NCBI GenBank assembly: GCA_002084505.1
Contig: NBLK01000008.1
Location: 1 to 33,100 of the forward strand
Origin: Rickettsiaceae bacterium 4572_127
GTDB lineage: Bacteria > Pseudomonadota > Alphaproteobacteria > Rs-D84 > NBLK01
Direction of reading: 5' to 3'
DNA: 33,100 nucleotides
The notes below the pieces were generated by a model that did not search any database, was not told the DNA's origin, and saw only the letters and a program-made list of their open reading frames with translations. Numbering within the stretch: the stretch's first letter is position 1; each line of letters starts with the position of its first letter. The position numbers and the translations under genes are program-made. Positions 25,198-32,314 of this stretch are shown in pieces.

Positions 25198-25753
25198 TTT
25201 TTATGATTTTGCCCTCTTGCCCCACTAGGCTTTTGTTTACTGTGTATTTGAAATTATGTTTTTCTTGTGCTGTTTTTATTTCCTCGTCGGTATTTTTTCC
25301 TTTTAGCAAAATCAAAGTCATGTTTTTGGATGGCTTTAACCATTTTAGGATTCTTTCCAATGGAGCAAATGCTCGTGCTGTGATTATAGAATATTCAGGA
25401 AAAGCAATCTCCTCAACTCTTTTTACTAAAACTTTTGCATCTAAATTAAGTTTGCGAATTGCCTCTTTTAGAAAAATTGCCTTTCTCTGATCGCTTTCTA
25501 TTAAAGCTATTTTATAGCCCAAAATACTCAATGGTATTGCAGGAAAACCACCTCCTGATCCCAAATCAAAAAACATTTCTTTTTTTGAAAAATAATTTTG
25601 CAACTGAATACTGTCTAAAATATGACGATTCCAAAAATCAGAAATCGTTGAATTGCTAATGAGGTTTATTTTTTTTTGCCATTTCAAAACGAGTGCTTGA
25701 AATTCTAATAACTTTGTTTTAGACTCAGGAGAAATATATAAAGGATTTTGCAT
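25187..25753 (-). CDS. rsmG: 16S rRNA (guanine527-N7)-methyltransferase RsmG/GidB
   Basis: Start at MQNPLY. KWQKKINLIS....FWNRHILDS and the SAM motif FFDLGSGGGFP. The tracked extension to 25909 is rejected. Confidence 0.85.
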   Translation of the reverse strand: MQNPLYISPESKTKLLEFQALVLKWQKKINLISNSTISDFWNRHILDSIQLQNYFSKKEMFFDLGSGGGFPAIPLSILGYKIALIESDQRKAIFLKEAIRKLNLDAKVLVKRVEEIAFPEYSIITARAFAPLERILKWLKPSKNMTLILLKGKNTDEEIKTAQEKHNFKYTVNKSLVGQEGKIIKITF

Positions 25754-26612
25754 GAAAAAACTATACAATTTATTTTTTAAGAGAGCAAGAAAAAAAACTA
25801 AAGTCTGGTATGTTTTTTTAGTTTTACCAGTCCTAATTGCTGTTTTCTTTTTTCCACAAGCTGAAAAAAGTTTCTCAAAAAAAGCATTAGTTGATGGTGG
25901 AAATTTCACTGGATACGTAATTGCTGAACGGCATGCACAATTTTCACAAGACTATAAAACAGCATCTTTTTATGCAGAAAAAATTATGCAAAATTCTAAA
26001 AAAACAGACGAGAAATCTCTGAAAAAACTTTTCTCTTATTTTATTCTAAGTGGTGATTTTGACAAAACCCGATTGTTTTTATCTGAAAATCCAGCTGAAT
26101 TTAAGAAGAATAGATTAGGGCAATTTTTAATTTTAACTGATGCTGTGAAAAAAAATGATTACAAAACTGCTAATAAAATTGTTAAAAATATTGAAAAAGG
26201 TAACAGCGACAAACTCGCCTTGCCACTCATAAAAACTTGGATTTTAGCAGGACAAAATAAAAAAGAAGAAGCTAAGAAAAGTTTGAAATTTATAGATACA
26301 GCAGACACTCGTATTTTATATTTAATGCATTCTTTTTATCTAAATAATTATTTTGGAGAAGATAAAAAAGCTCTGAAAATCTTAGAAAAATTTGATGAAG
26401 CTCAAAAATTAAATGTGAGATTTATAGATTACGCATCTCTATTTTTAGAAAAAAACAAAGACAAAAAAACAGCAATAAATTTTATAAAGAAACGTTTAGA
26501 AACTGAAAAATCTTACGCTAACAAGCTATACTTAAAAAGATTTATTTCGGAGAAAAGTAATCATAAAAAATTTAATTCTCATGACGGACTGACTGAGGCG
26601 TTTATTGATTAA
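25752..26612 (+). CDS. Membrane-anchored TPR-like protein, N-terminal part of a probably split gene
   Basis: N-terminal basic region plus a TM segment (VWYVFLVLPVLIAVFFF), then helical-repeat-like sequence. The stop is followed by an overlapping open frame that leads into the next TPR ORF. Confidence 0.55.
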   Translation: MKKLYNLFFKRARKKTKVWYVFLVLPVLIAVFFFPQAEKSFSKKALVDGGNFTGYVIAERHAQFSQDYKTASFYAEKIMQNSKKTDEKSLKKLFSYFILSGDFDKTRLFLSENPAEFKKNRLGQFLILTDAVKKNDYKTANKIVKNIEKGNSDKLALPLIKTWILAGQNKKEEAKKSLKFIDTADTRILYLMHSFYLNNYFGEDKKALKILEKFDEAQKLNVRFIDYASLFLEKNKDKKTAINFIKKRLETEKSYANKLYLKRFISEKSNHKKFNSHDGLTEAFID

Positions 26613-26680
26613 AAGACTTTGGAAATGCCTTAAATATATTTAGTTCGATTGATAAGAATAGTTTTTTTTATCCCTCTTCA

Positions 26681-27349
26681 TTGTTGAAACAAGCACGAAT
26701 TTATAAAAAAAATAATAACGATAAATTGGCTATAGAAACATATCGGGAGCTAGTTGAAAAGCATCCTAGTTATTTGCTCGCTGTTTTGTTGCTCGGTGAA
26801 ACTTATGTGCAGAATCGGGATTATTCTAATGCTAGAAAGCTCTATGAAAAATTGCTGGAAAATACGAAAGATCATTCTGCTTTAAGTTGGGAAGTTTTTT
26901 ACTATTTGGGATTAATTTATGATTGGGAAGATAAAAAAGAATTAGCCGAAAAAAATCTAAAAATCGCTCATGAAAAAAGTCCGAAGAATCCAATCGTTCT
27001 AAATTATTTAGGTTATTTTTGGATTGAAAACAATAAAAATATAGAATCAGCAATGGATATGATTAAAACCGCACTAACTTCCGCTCCTCAAAATGTTGAA
27101 TTTTGGGATAGTTATGGTTGGGCTTTGTATAAAATTGGAAAGTTAGAACAAGCGAGAGAAGTTTTAGAAATTGCCATCACGAGAAAAGCGTCTAATCCTG
27201 AAATTCGTGACCACTTAGGAGATGTTTATAAAGCACTTGGTGAAAACAAAAAAGCGATATACAACTGGAAAAAAGCGATTTATTATCAAGACATCGGACT
27301 TGGTGTAAAAGATATTGAAAAAATAAAAAATAAGATTTTTGATAAATAA
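26681..27349 (+). CDS. TPR repeat protein, C-terminal part of a probably split gene
   Basis: Several TPR-like repeats (LLLGETYVQNRDYSNARKLYEKLLE; YYLGLIYDW; LNYLGYFW; WDSYGWALYKIGKLEQA; HLGDVYKALGENKKAIYNWKKA). The only start is a TTG, and the frame is open from 26609. Confidence 0.6.
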   Translation: MLKQARIYKKNNNDKLAIETYRELVEKHPSYLLAVLLLGETYVQNRDYSNARKLYEKLLENTKDHSALSWEVFYYLGLIYDWEDKKELAEKNLKIAHEKSPKNPIVLNYLGYFWIENNKNIESAMDMIKTALTSAPQNVEFWDSYGWALYKIGKLEQAREVLEIAITRKASNPEIRDHLGDVYKALGENKKAIYNWKKAIYYQDIGLGVKDIEKIKNKIFDK

Positions 27350-29353
27350 TCATTGTATCGTAAACAGGTTATCTCCGTTTAATATAAAAGATTTTCCTTC
27401 GTATTCTATTCTAGTATAGCCTGAACAACAGTTATTACTAAACCAGCAAGCTTTTGTATCTCCTCGACTAGGATCTCCAAATACAGAGCTATGGCAATAA
27501 ACTAAATCTCCTTTTTTAAAGTTTTTTGTAACTCTGCCGTTTGCTCCAGCAAAAGTTATTCCAATAAGAGCATCAACAGCTGAGGTAATCTTATTGTTAA
27601 AAGAAGTTACTAAGTTTGTTTTTTCGGCTGTTTCACAACTTTTTCCAAATGTTTCAGTAGAGCATTGAGATGGTGTTCCTGCACACTCACTCCACTTTCC
27701 TTCACATCGCATGTTAACACAACTTTTGAAATTTGTTTTATCTGCTTCACATTGCGTTATTTTAGCTTCTCTCTGTCTCTTTTCTTCCTCAGTATCGTTC
27801 TGTTTTTTATTCTCAGCATCTTCTTCTTTTTTTCTGTTTGAGATTTCTTTTAATGTTTTTTTTCCAAATTTTATTGCTTCTTTTTTGAATTGGCTCCAAA
27901 TTTTATTTTTATCATTTAGACATGGATCTAATTTAACTAAGCAGTAGTTTTTCTTATATTCAATGTCGTTGGAAGTGGCGCAATCAACAAACCCATTTCC
28001 ACAATGCGGTTGCATGCAATCTTTTAAGTCGGTGGCACATTGAGAAACCAAAGATTTAGAATGTTTTTTACTTTCTCTTTTTCCAGAACCTACAATTTCT
28101 TTCCAAATAACATCGTTTTTATTTACATTTTTACATTTGTCTAAAATATCACTCACTATAATTCTTTTAGATTCTAAAAGAGCTTTCGTTTGGCAATTCT
28201 CAAAATTCTCCCCACATCCAGCGGTAGTAATCAAAACATTTTTAACTTGCTTAGAACATTCTTCTGCTGAAAATTGATTAGCTTCTTTATGCTCCGCTTT
28301 TTGCAATTTATTATATGCAGATTGAAAAACAAACTCCATTTTTCTTAACTTTCCTGTTAAACTGTTTTGAAATGCTAAACAAGATTTTTGAGTTGATGCT
28401 TGGTATGAAGCGACAATATGTTTTTTGAATGAAGCAGATAACTTTAAGTAAGGATCACATGCCCCTAAGGAATCTTTGAATAGAGCCAGTCCTTCTTTTC
28501 TTTTGTTTTCTTCTCCCAGCAATTGGTCTAATCCGTAATTTACATTATCTAAATCCCAAGGATTTTCGGTGTCATTTTCGTCTTCTGTTAGACCTAGTTT
28601 CTCCAAAGTAGCTTCATTAAAAATTTGATATTGAATTCCCATTTTCGCAGCCTCAACATTAGAAGTTAATTGCAATAGCTGTTTCATTTTTTCGTGAACT
28701 TTTTTTTCTAGCGGTTTTAATTTAGCTATATTTGCAGAACAAAGACACCTATATGCAGGATTTATAGAATCAGTATCATTACAAAAATCATCCATACAAA
28801 CTCCCCATCGCTTTTTAGTCTCTTCCATTCCTAGCAATTGCTCTTCTTTATCTACTTCTTGGTATTCTTGCTGAACATTATTTCGTCCTGTGATATTTGT
28901 CATGGATGGTGCCATAGATGGAATCACTCCACTTCTAGAAACACCTGCTCTTGCTGAACTGCTTTTTGTTGGAGCGGTTTGTCTTCTTGATGCAGTTGCT
29001 GTCCCACCACTAGAACGAGAAGATCTAGCTCGTCCAGACCGTGCAGATCTTCGCCCCGATCTTGCATTTGTTGTTGTTTGTGAAGAAGAAGCCGAAGTTG
29101 TAGTTCCTCGCCCAGACCTTGCTGATGTTTTAGTTTCGTTTGTAGAATCATCTTGTCCTCGAGTTGAGCGAGTATTTGTTGATCTTGTGCTTCCAGAGCG
29201 AGCTGATCTTTTTCTAGAACTTGTTGTTCTTTCACGAGATGTTGTTTGTTGCTCTGCTCTATTGCTTCCTGATCTTGCACTAGAAGTTCTTCTAGCATTT
29301 GAAACACTAGAAAACACATAGAATACACAGAAAATAATAAATATTTTTTTCAT
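27350..29353 (-). CDS. Secreted protein with an N-terminal Ser/Thr/Arg-rich ARSG-repeat region and a large Cys-rich region; no recognisable family
   Basis: Signal peptide MKKIFIIFCVFYVFSSVSNA. Five ARSG motifs plus an ARAG variant within about 130 low-complexity residues. About 26 cysteines in the remaining ~480 residues. Long uninterrupted ORF in a stop-rich AT genome. Confidence 0.6.
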   Translation of the reverse strand: MKKIFIIFCVFYVFSSVSNARRTSSARSGSNRAEQQTTSRERTTSSRKRSARSGSTRSTNTRSTRGQDDSTNETKTSARSGRGTTTSASSSQTTTNARSGRRSARSGRARSSRSSGGTATASRRQTAPTKSSSARAGVSRSGVIPSMAPSMTNITGRNNVQQEYQEVDKEEQLLGMEETKKRWGVCMDDFCNDTDSINPAYRCLCSANIAKLKPLEKKVHEKMKQLLQLTSNVEAAKMGIQYQIFNEATLEKLGLTEDENDTENPWDLDNVNYGLDQLLGEENKRKEGLALFKDSLGACDPYLKLSASFKKHIVASYQASTQKSCLAFQNSLTGKLRKMEFVFQSAYNKLQKAEHKEANQFSAEECSKQVKNVLITTAGCGENFENCQTKALLESKRIIVSDILDKCKNVNKNDVIWKEIVGSGKRESKKHSKSLVSQCATDLKDCMQPHCGNGFVDCATSNDIEYKKNYCLVKLDPCLNDKNKIWSQFKKEAIKFGKKTLKEISNRKKEEDAENKKQNDTEEEKRQREAKITQCEADKTNFKSCVNMRCEGKWSECAGTPSQCSTETFGKSCETAEKTNLVTSFNNKITSAVDALIGITFAGANGRVTKNFKKGDLVYCHSSVFGDPSRGDTKACWFSNNCCSGYTRIEYEGKSFILNGDNLFTIQ

Positions 29354-29360
29354 ATCAATT

Positions 29361-29371
29361 AGTATATCACA
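29361..29371 (-). promoter_or_regulatory. Extended -10 box TGTGATATACT 7 nt upstream of the ATG of the Cys-rich protein gene
   Basis: The minus strand reads ATTTTGTGATATACT-AATTGAT-ATG, with no Shine-Dalgarno. A divergent TGTGATATAAT lies on the plus strand at 29421-29431. Confidence 0.45.
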
Positions 29372-29478
29372 AAATAGAACTAAAAAAAAGTTATTTTTTC
29401 ATTAGGTTTTTTTATAAATTTGTGATATAATTTTTTTATTTGATTAATAAATCTTTGATATGAAGAAAAAATAAGAAA

Positions 29479-30141
29479 TTTACCCCGCCCCAAAATAGTA
29501 AGAGCTATTTTGACCCTCCCACAAGGGGTGGGTGATACGGTGGAAAATACGGAAAAGAAAGAAAGAAAGAAAACAAGAAAAGATTCGATTCGGTGAGTTT
29601 CCTGCCTTCGCAGGAATGACAGCTTTGTTGATTCGATTCGGTAGGATTCAATCTTTTCCAATGACTCGGACTCCGCCTCTCCCCTTGCGGGAGAGGTCGA
29701 GCGAAGCTCGGGTGAGGGGTATATAGTAAAACTAAATACTAATTTAATGTTTTTTTACTTATTATGTTATGTTAGTTTTTAATTTTATAATAAACAACTT
29801 TTAAGTTATTTTTGTTGCTTTTCAACAATTTAAGTGAAAATGGGTCATACCCAGTTCCACTGAAACCGATTGAAAATCATTCAAAAATCTTCTTAAAATT
29901 TGTTTAATTACTATTTAGTTTTACTATAAAAAAGATCGTCATTCCTGCGAAGGCAGGAATCTCACAATACAGAATCTTTTTTGCTCTCTATAAAAACTGA
30001 AAATTATGGAGAAAAACTGCACTTGATCCTAGTAAAAAAACATTGGGAAGCAAAAAATTACGAATCCCAAAACTCGGTCTATCACCCACCCCTTGTGGAA
30101 GGGTCAAAATATCTTTAGATATTTTGGGGCGGGGTAAAAAA
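29479..30141. repeat. Mirror-symmetric mosaic of repeat modules (R2-R1-R3-R6-R4-R6'-R1'-R2')
   Basis: R2 at 29479-29536 (-) and 30081-30141 (+). R1 at 29580-29620 (+) and 29938-29978 (-). The exact 17-mer TATAGTAAAACTAAATA at 29722-29738 has its reverse complement at 29912-29928. An R4 fragment (29815-29892) sits at the centre. An AAG-rich microsatellite lies at 29551-29582. Confidence 0.85.
29815..29892 (+). mobile_element. Internal fragment of the MITE-like element (R4), lacking both inverted-repeat ends
   Basis: TTGCTTTTCAACAATTTAAGTGAAAATGGGTCATACCCAGTTCCACTGAAACCGATTGAAAATC aligns with 24208-24270. Confidence 0.7.
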
Positions 30142-30209
30142 TACAACTAATTGCTATTACTGCAAAGGCAGAAGTAACACAATATAAAATCAATAAAAAA
30201 GGATCACAA

Positions 30210-31112
30210 ATGAAAAAAATATGTTTAATTTTAGCTAGTATTTTAGCAACAAGCTCTGTTTCTGCTGATTTTTTAGTACATCCACAAAAAATTGTTTTCT
30301 CTGGAAAAGATAAAACTAAGTCTATACAAATCACAAACATGGGCAGTGAAGCGAAAAGCTATAAAATGAAATTTGTAGAGCTTTATCCTATGAAAAGCGG
30401 AGCTTATAGAAATATCGAGAAAAGAAACGGAAACCTTGTTTTTGTTGATAAAGGCCTAAATAAAAAGAAAAAGCCAATAGAAAAAATTAGTCCTTTAACC
30501 ACAACTCAGGCTAGCAAAGTAAAATTCGCATCTCCGTTTATTGACTATTCTCCCAGACGAATTACATTAAACCCAAATGAAACTCAAATTATTCGACTAA
30601 TGCTTAATAAAAAGGCTAGAAAAAATAAAGACATTGAAGCGAGATCGCATTTTTATATTCAAGAAAAAAATGTAATCCAAAAAGCTCAACCAAAGTCTAG
30701 ATCTAAAAAAATGAGTTTTAACATACAAGGGCTTCCGGGTGTAACTATTCCTGTTGTCGCTCGATTTGGTAAAACTAGTGTTGAAGGTAGGTTTAAGAAT
30801 ATCAATGTTTCAAATTCTAATAGTGGTGCTCAGTTGAGTCTAACTCTTGAAAGAAAAGGAGATCAATCTCTTCGTGGAAATATAGTTGTTTACAAAGACG
30901 AAGGTTTTTTCTATTCGGATACAGAAATTGGTAGAGTTGCAAATTTCGCTGTTTATTCGAATCTAACAGAAAGATATATTAAAATCCCACTTCATGATAA
31001 ATCTAAAAATCTGAAGCTTGGTGATGTAAAAGGTGAAGATCTTATTATAAAGTTTGAAGGTGATGCTGATGACTGCCCAGATATTAACTTCGAAACAAAA
31101 TTAAAAATGTAG
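30210..31112 (+). CDS. Periplasmic PapD-like (chaperone-usher type) chaperone-fold protein, orphan
   Basis: Signal peptide MKKICLILASILATSSVSA. VHPQKIVFSGKDKTKSIQITNMGSEAKSY and SPRRITLNPNETQIIRLML....KDIEARSHFYIQE resemble the PapD N-domain pattern (PP.f.l.P...Q.lRi....lP.DrES.f.l.v). No usher or pilin gene nearby. Confidence 0.5.
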   Translation: MKKICLILASILATSSVSADFLVHPQKIVFSGKDKTKSIQITNMGSEAKSYKMKFVELYPMKSGAYRNIEKRNGNLVFVDKGLNKKKKPIEKISPLTTTQASKVKFASPFIDYSPRRITLNPNETQIIRLMLNKKARKNKDIEARSHFYIQEKNVIQKAQPKSRSKKMSFNIQGLPGVTIPVVARFGKTSVEGRFKNINVSNSNSGAQLSLTLERKGDQSLRGNIVVYKDEGFFYSDTEIGRVANFAVYSNLTERYIKIPLHDKSKNLKLGDVKGEDLIIKFEGDADDCPDINFETKLKM

Positions 31113-31231
31113 TTTTGATCTGACTAACCGCTTGAAAAACAGTTGAAAACATTCAAAAAATAATTTTTTTTCAAAAAGCAAGAGGAAAAATTAAAAAAAA
31201 TCCATTTCTAGAAATGAGAAAGCCTCTTTTT

Positions 31232-31242
31232 TGTGATATACT
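31232..31242 (+). promoter_or_regulatory. Extended -10 box TGTGATATACT 6 nt upstream of the ccrM ATG
   Basis: TTTTTTGTGATATACT-TTTTTT-ATG, with no Shine-Dalgarno. Confidence 0.45.
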
Positions 31243-31248
31243 TTTTTT

Positions 31249-32313
31249 ATGGGAAGAGAAAAGACTAATTTTATTGCTAAGGGTGACTGCATAAAAGAAA
31301 TGAAAAAAATGGATGCTAATTCCATTGATATTATTTTTGCAGATCCGCCGTATAATATGCAACTAGGAGGAGATCTGCGTCGCCCTGACGATTCAAAGGT
31401 TAAAGCTGTTGATGATGAATGGGATCAGTTTGAGTCCTTTAAGACTTATGATGAATTTTCTATTAAATGGCTGACGGAAGCTAAGAGAGTTATGAAACCC
31501 GATGCATCTTTTTGGGTGATTGGTTCTTATCATAACATCTTTCGTTTAGGAAAAATTCTTCAAGACATGGGCTTTTGGATTATGAATGATATCCTATGGA
31601 TAAAAAATAACCCGATGCCGAACTTTAAGGGAACTAGATTTACAAACGCTCACGAAACACTGCTCTGGTGTACAAAGTCTAAAAATGCCAAACCTACATT
31701 TAATTATCATGCTATGAAAACTTTTAATGGAGATAAACAGATGCGATCCGACTGGTATTTACCAATTTGCAGTGGTGGAGAGCGACGACGAAATGCTAAT
31801 GGGGAGTCGATTCATTCTACTCAAAAACCTGAGGCTTTGTTGCATAGAGTTCTTTTGTCTTCGTCTAATAAAGGTGATTTAGTTTTAGATCCGTTTTCGG
31901 GTAGCGGAACAACGGCGGTAGTTGCTAAAAAGCTAGGGAGAAATTTCATAGGAATAGAAAAAGAACAAGAATACATAGACCTAACTAATAAACGACTTGC
32001 GGAAGTTGAGACGGCTGACGATAAGATATTATCAATCTCGCAAAAAAAGAAAATCAACAAAATCCCTTTTGGATCGCTAGTAGCACAAGGAAAAATCTCA
32101 GCAGGAACAACTTTGTTTTCTAATAATGGAAAAGTGAAAGCTACAGTGCGAGTTGATGGATCATTGATAACTGACAAAGGAATTGAAGGGTCTATACATA
32201 AAGTCGGAGCGACGGTGCAAAACAAAGCATCGTGCAACGGCTGGACTTTCTGGTCATTAGAAACTAATGGCGAAAAGAAATCAATTGATACCTTCCGCCA
32301 AAAAGTTGCTTAG
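31249..32313 (+). CDS. ccrM: Cell-cycle-regulated adenine methyltransferase CcrM (GANTC, beta class)
   Basis: GDCI..M......IDIIFADPPYNMQLGGDL, HSTQKPEALL and DPFSGSGTT. Also the alpha-proteobacterial C-terminal domain (IPFGSLV..G.IS.G..L.....V.A.V..DGS......GSIHKVGA.VQ....CNGWTFW). Confidence 0.9.
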   Translation: MGREKTNFIAKGDCIKEMKKMDANSIDIIFADPPYNMQLGGDLRRPDDSKVKAVDDEWDQFESFKTYDEFSIKWLTEAKRVMKPDASFWVIGSYHNIFRLGKILQDMGFWIMNDILWIKNNPMPNFKGTRFTNAHETLLWCTKSKNAKPTFNYHAMKTFNGDKQMRSDWYLPICSGGERRRNANGESIHSTQKPEALLHRVLLSSSNKGDLVLDPFSGSGTTAVVAKKLGRNFIGIEKEQEYIDLTNKRLAEVETADDKILSISQKKKINKIPFGSLVAQGKISAGTTLFSNNGKVKATVRVDGSLITDKGIEGSIHKVGATVQNKASCNGWTFWSLETNGEKKSIDTFRQKVA

Positions 32314-32314
32314 A

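Noticed and set aside
25754-25909. N-terminal extensions of rsmG (to 25909), rplY (to 6628), the pilL-like gene (to 11234) and glyA (from 993)
   Set aside because: Family-conserved N-termini or signal peptides begin at internal Mets. The extensions overlap repeats or neighbouring genes.
27440-27460. RGD tripeptide near the C-terminus of the Cys-rich protein as an integrin-binding motif
   Set aside because: A three-residue motif is expected by chance in a 667-aa protein, and nothing in the sequence alone supports it.
28890-29328. Tracked ORFs 28890..29321(+) and 28924..29328(-) overlapping the 5' part of the Cys-rich protein gene
   Set aside because: They are artefacts of the low-complexity ARSG-repeat DNA, which is open in several frames. 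The frame with the signal peptide and 667-aa continuity is preferred.
29551-29582. Short tandem AAG/AAAG-rich run (GGAAAAGAAAGAAAGAAAGAAAACAAGAAAAG), considered as a CRISPR-like or coding repeat
   Set aside because: It is a simple-sequence microsatellite inside the repeat mosaic, with no repeat-spacer periodicity.
31113-31248. CtrA box (TTAA-N7-TTAA) or GANTC methylation sites in the ccrM promoter, as in Caulobacter
   Set aside because: I found neither a full TTAA-N7-TTAA nor a GANTC site in this 136-bp region by eye. Only the TGTGATATACT box stands out.
1763-32237. Antisense or shadow ORFs inside confident genes (e.g. 1763..2059-, 2405..2626+, 3821..4015+, 4944..5132+, 5820..6104+, 8892..9308+, 9184..9396-, 15820..16014-, 17068..17280-, 17387..17623-, 18038..18307-, 18475..18705-, 19329..19586-, 19771..20007+, 20712..21053+, 21301..21504+, 21567..21764+, 23831..24055+, 25203..25490+, 25459..25659+, 26832..27053-, 27711..27947+, 31171..31362-, 31821..32237-)
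   Set aside because: Each overlaps, on the opposite strand, a gene with clear family motifs. The sequences are low-complexity or hydrophobic, as is typical of shadow frames.
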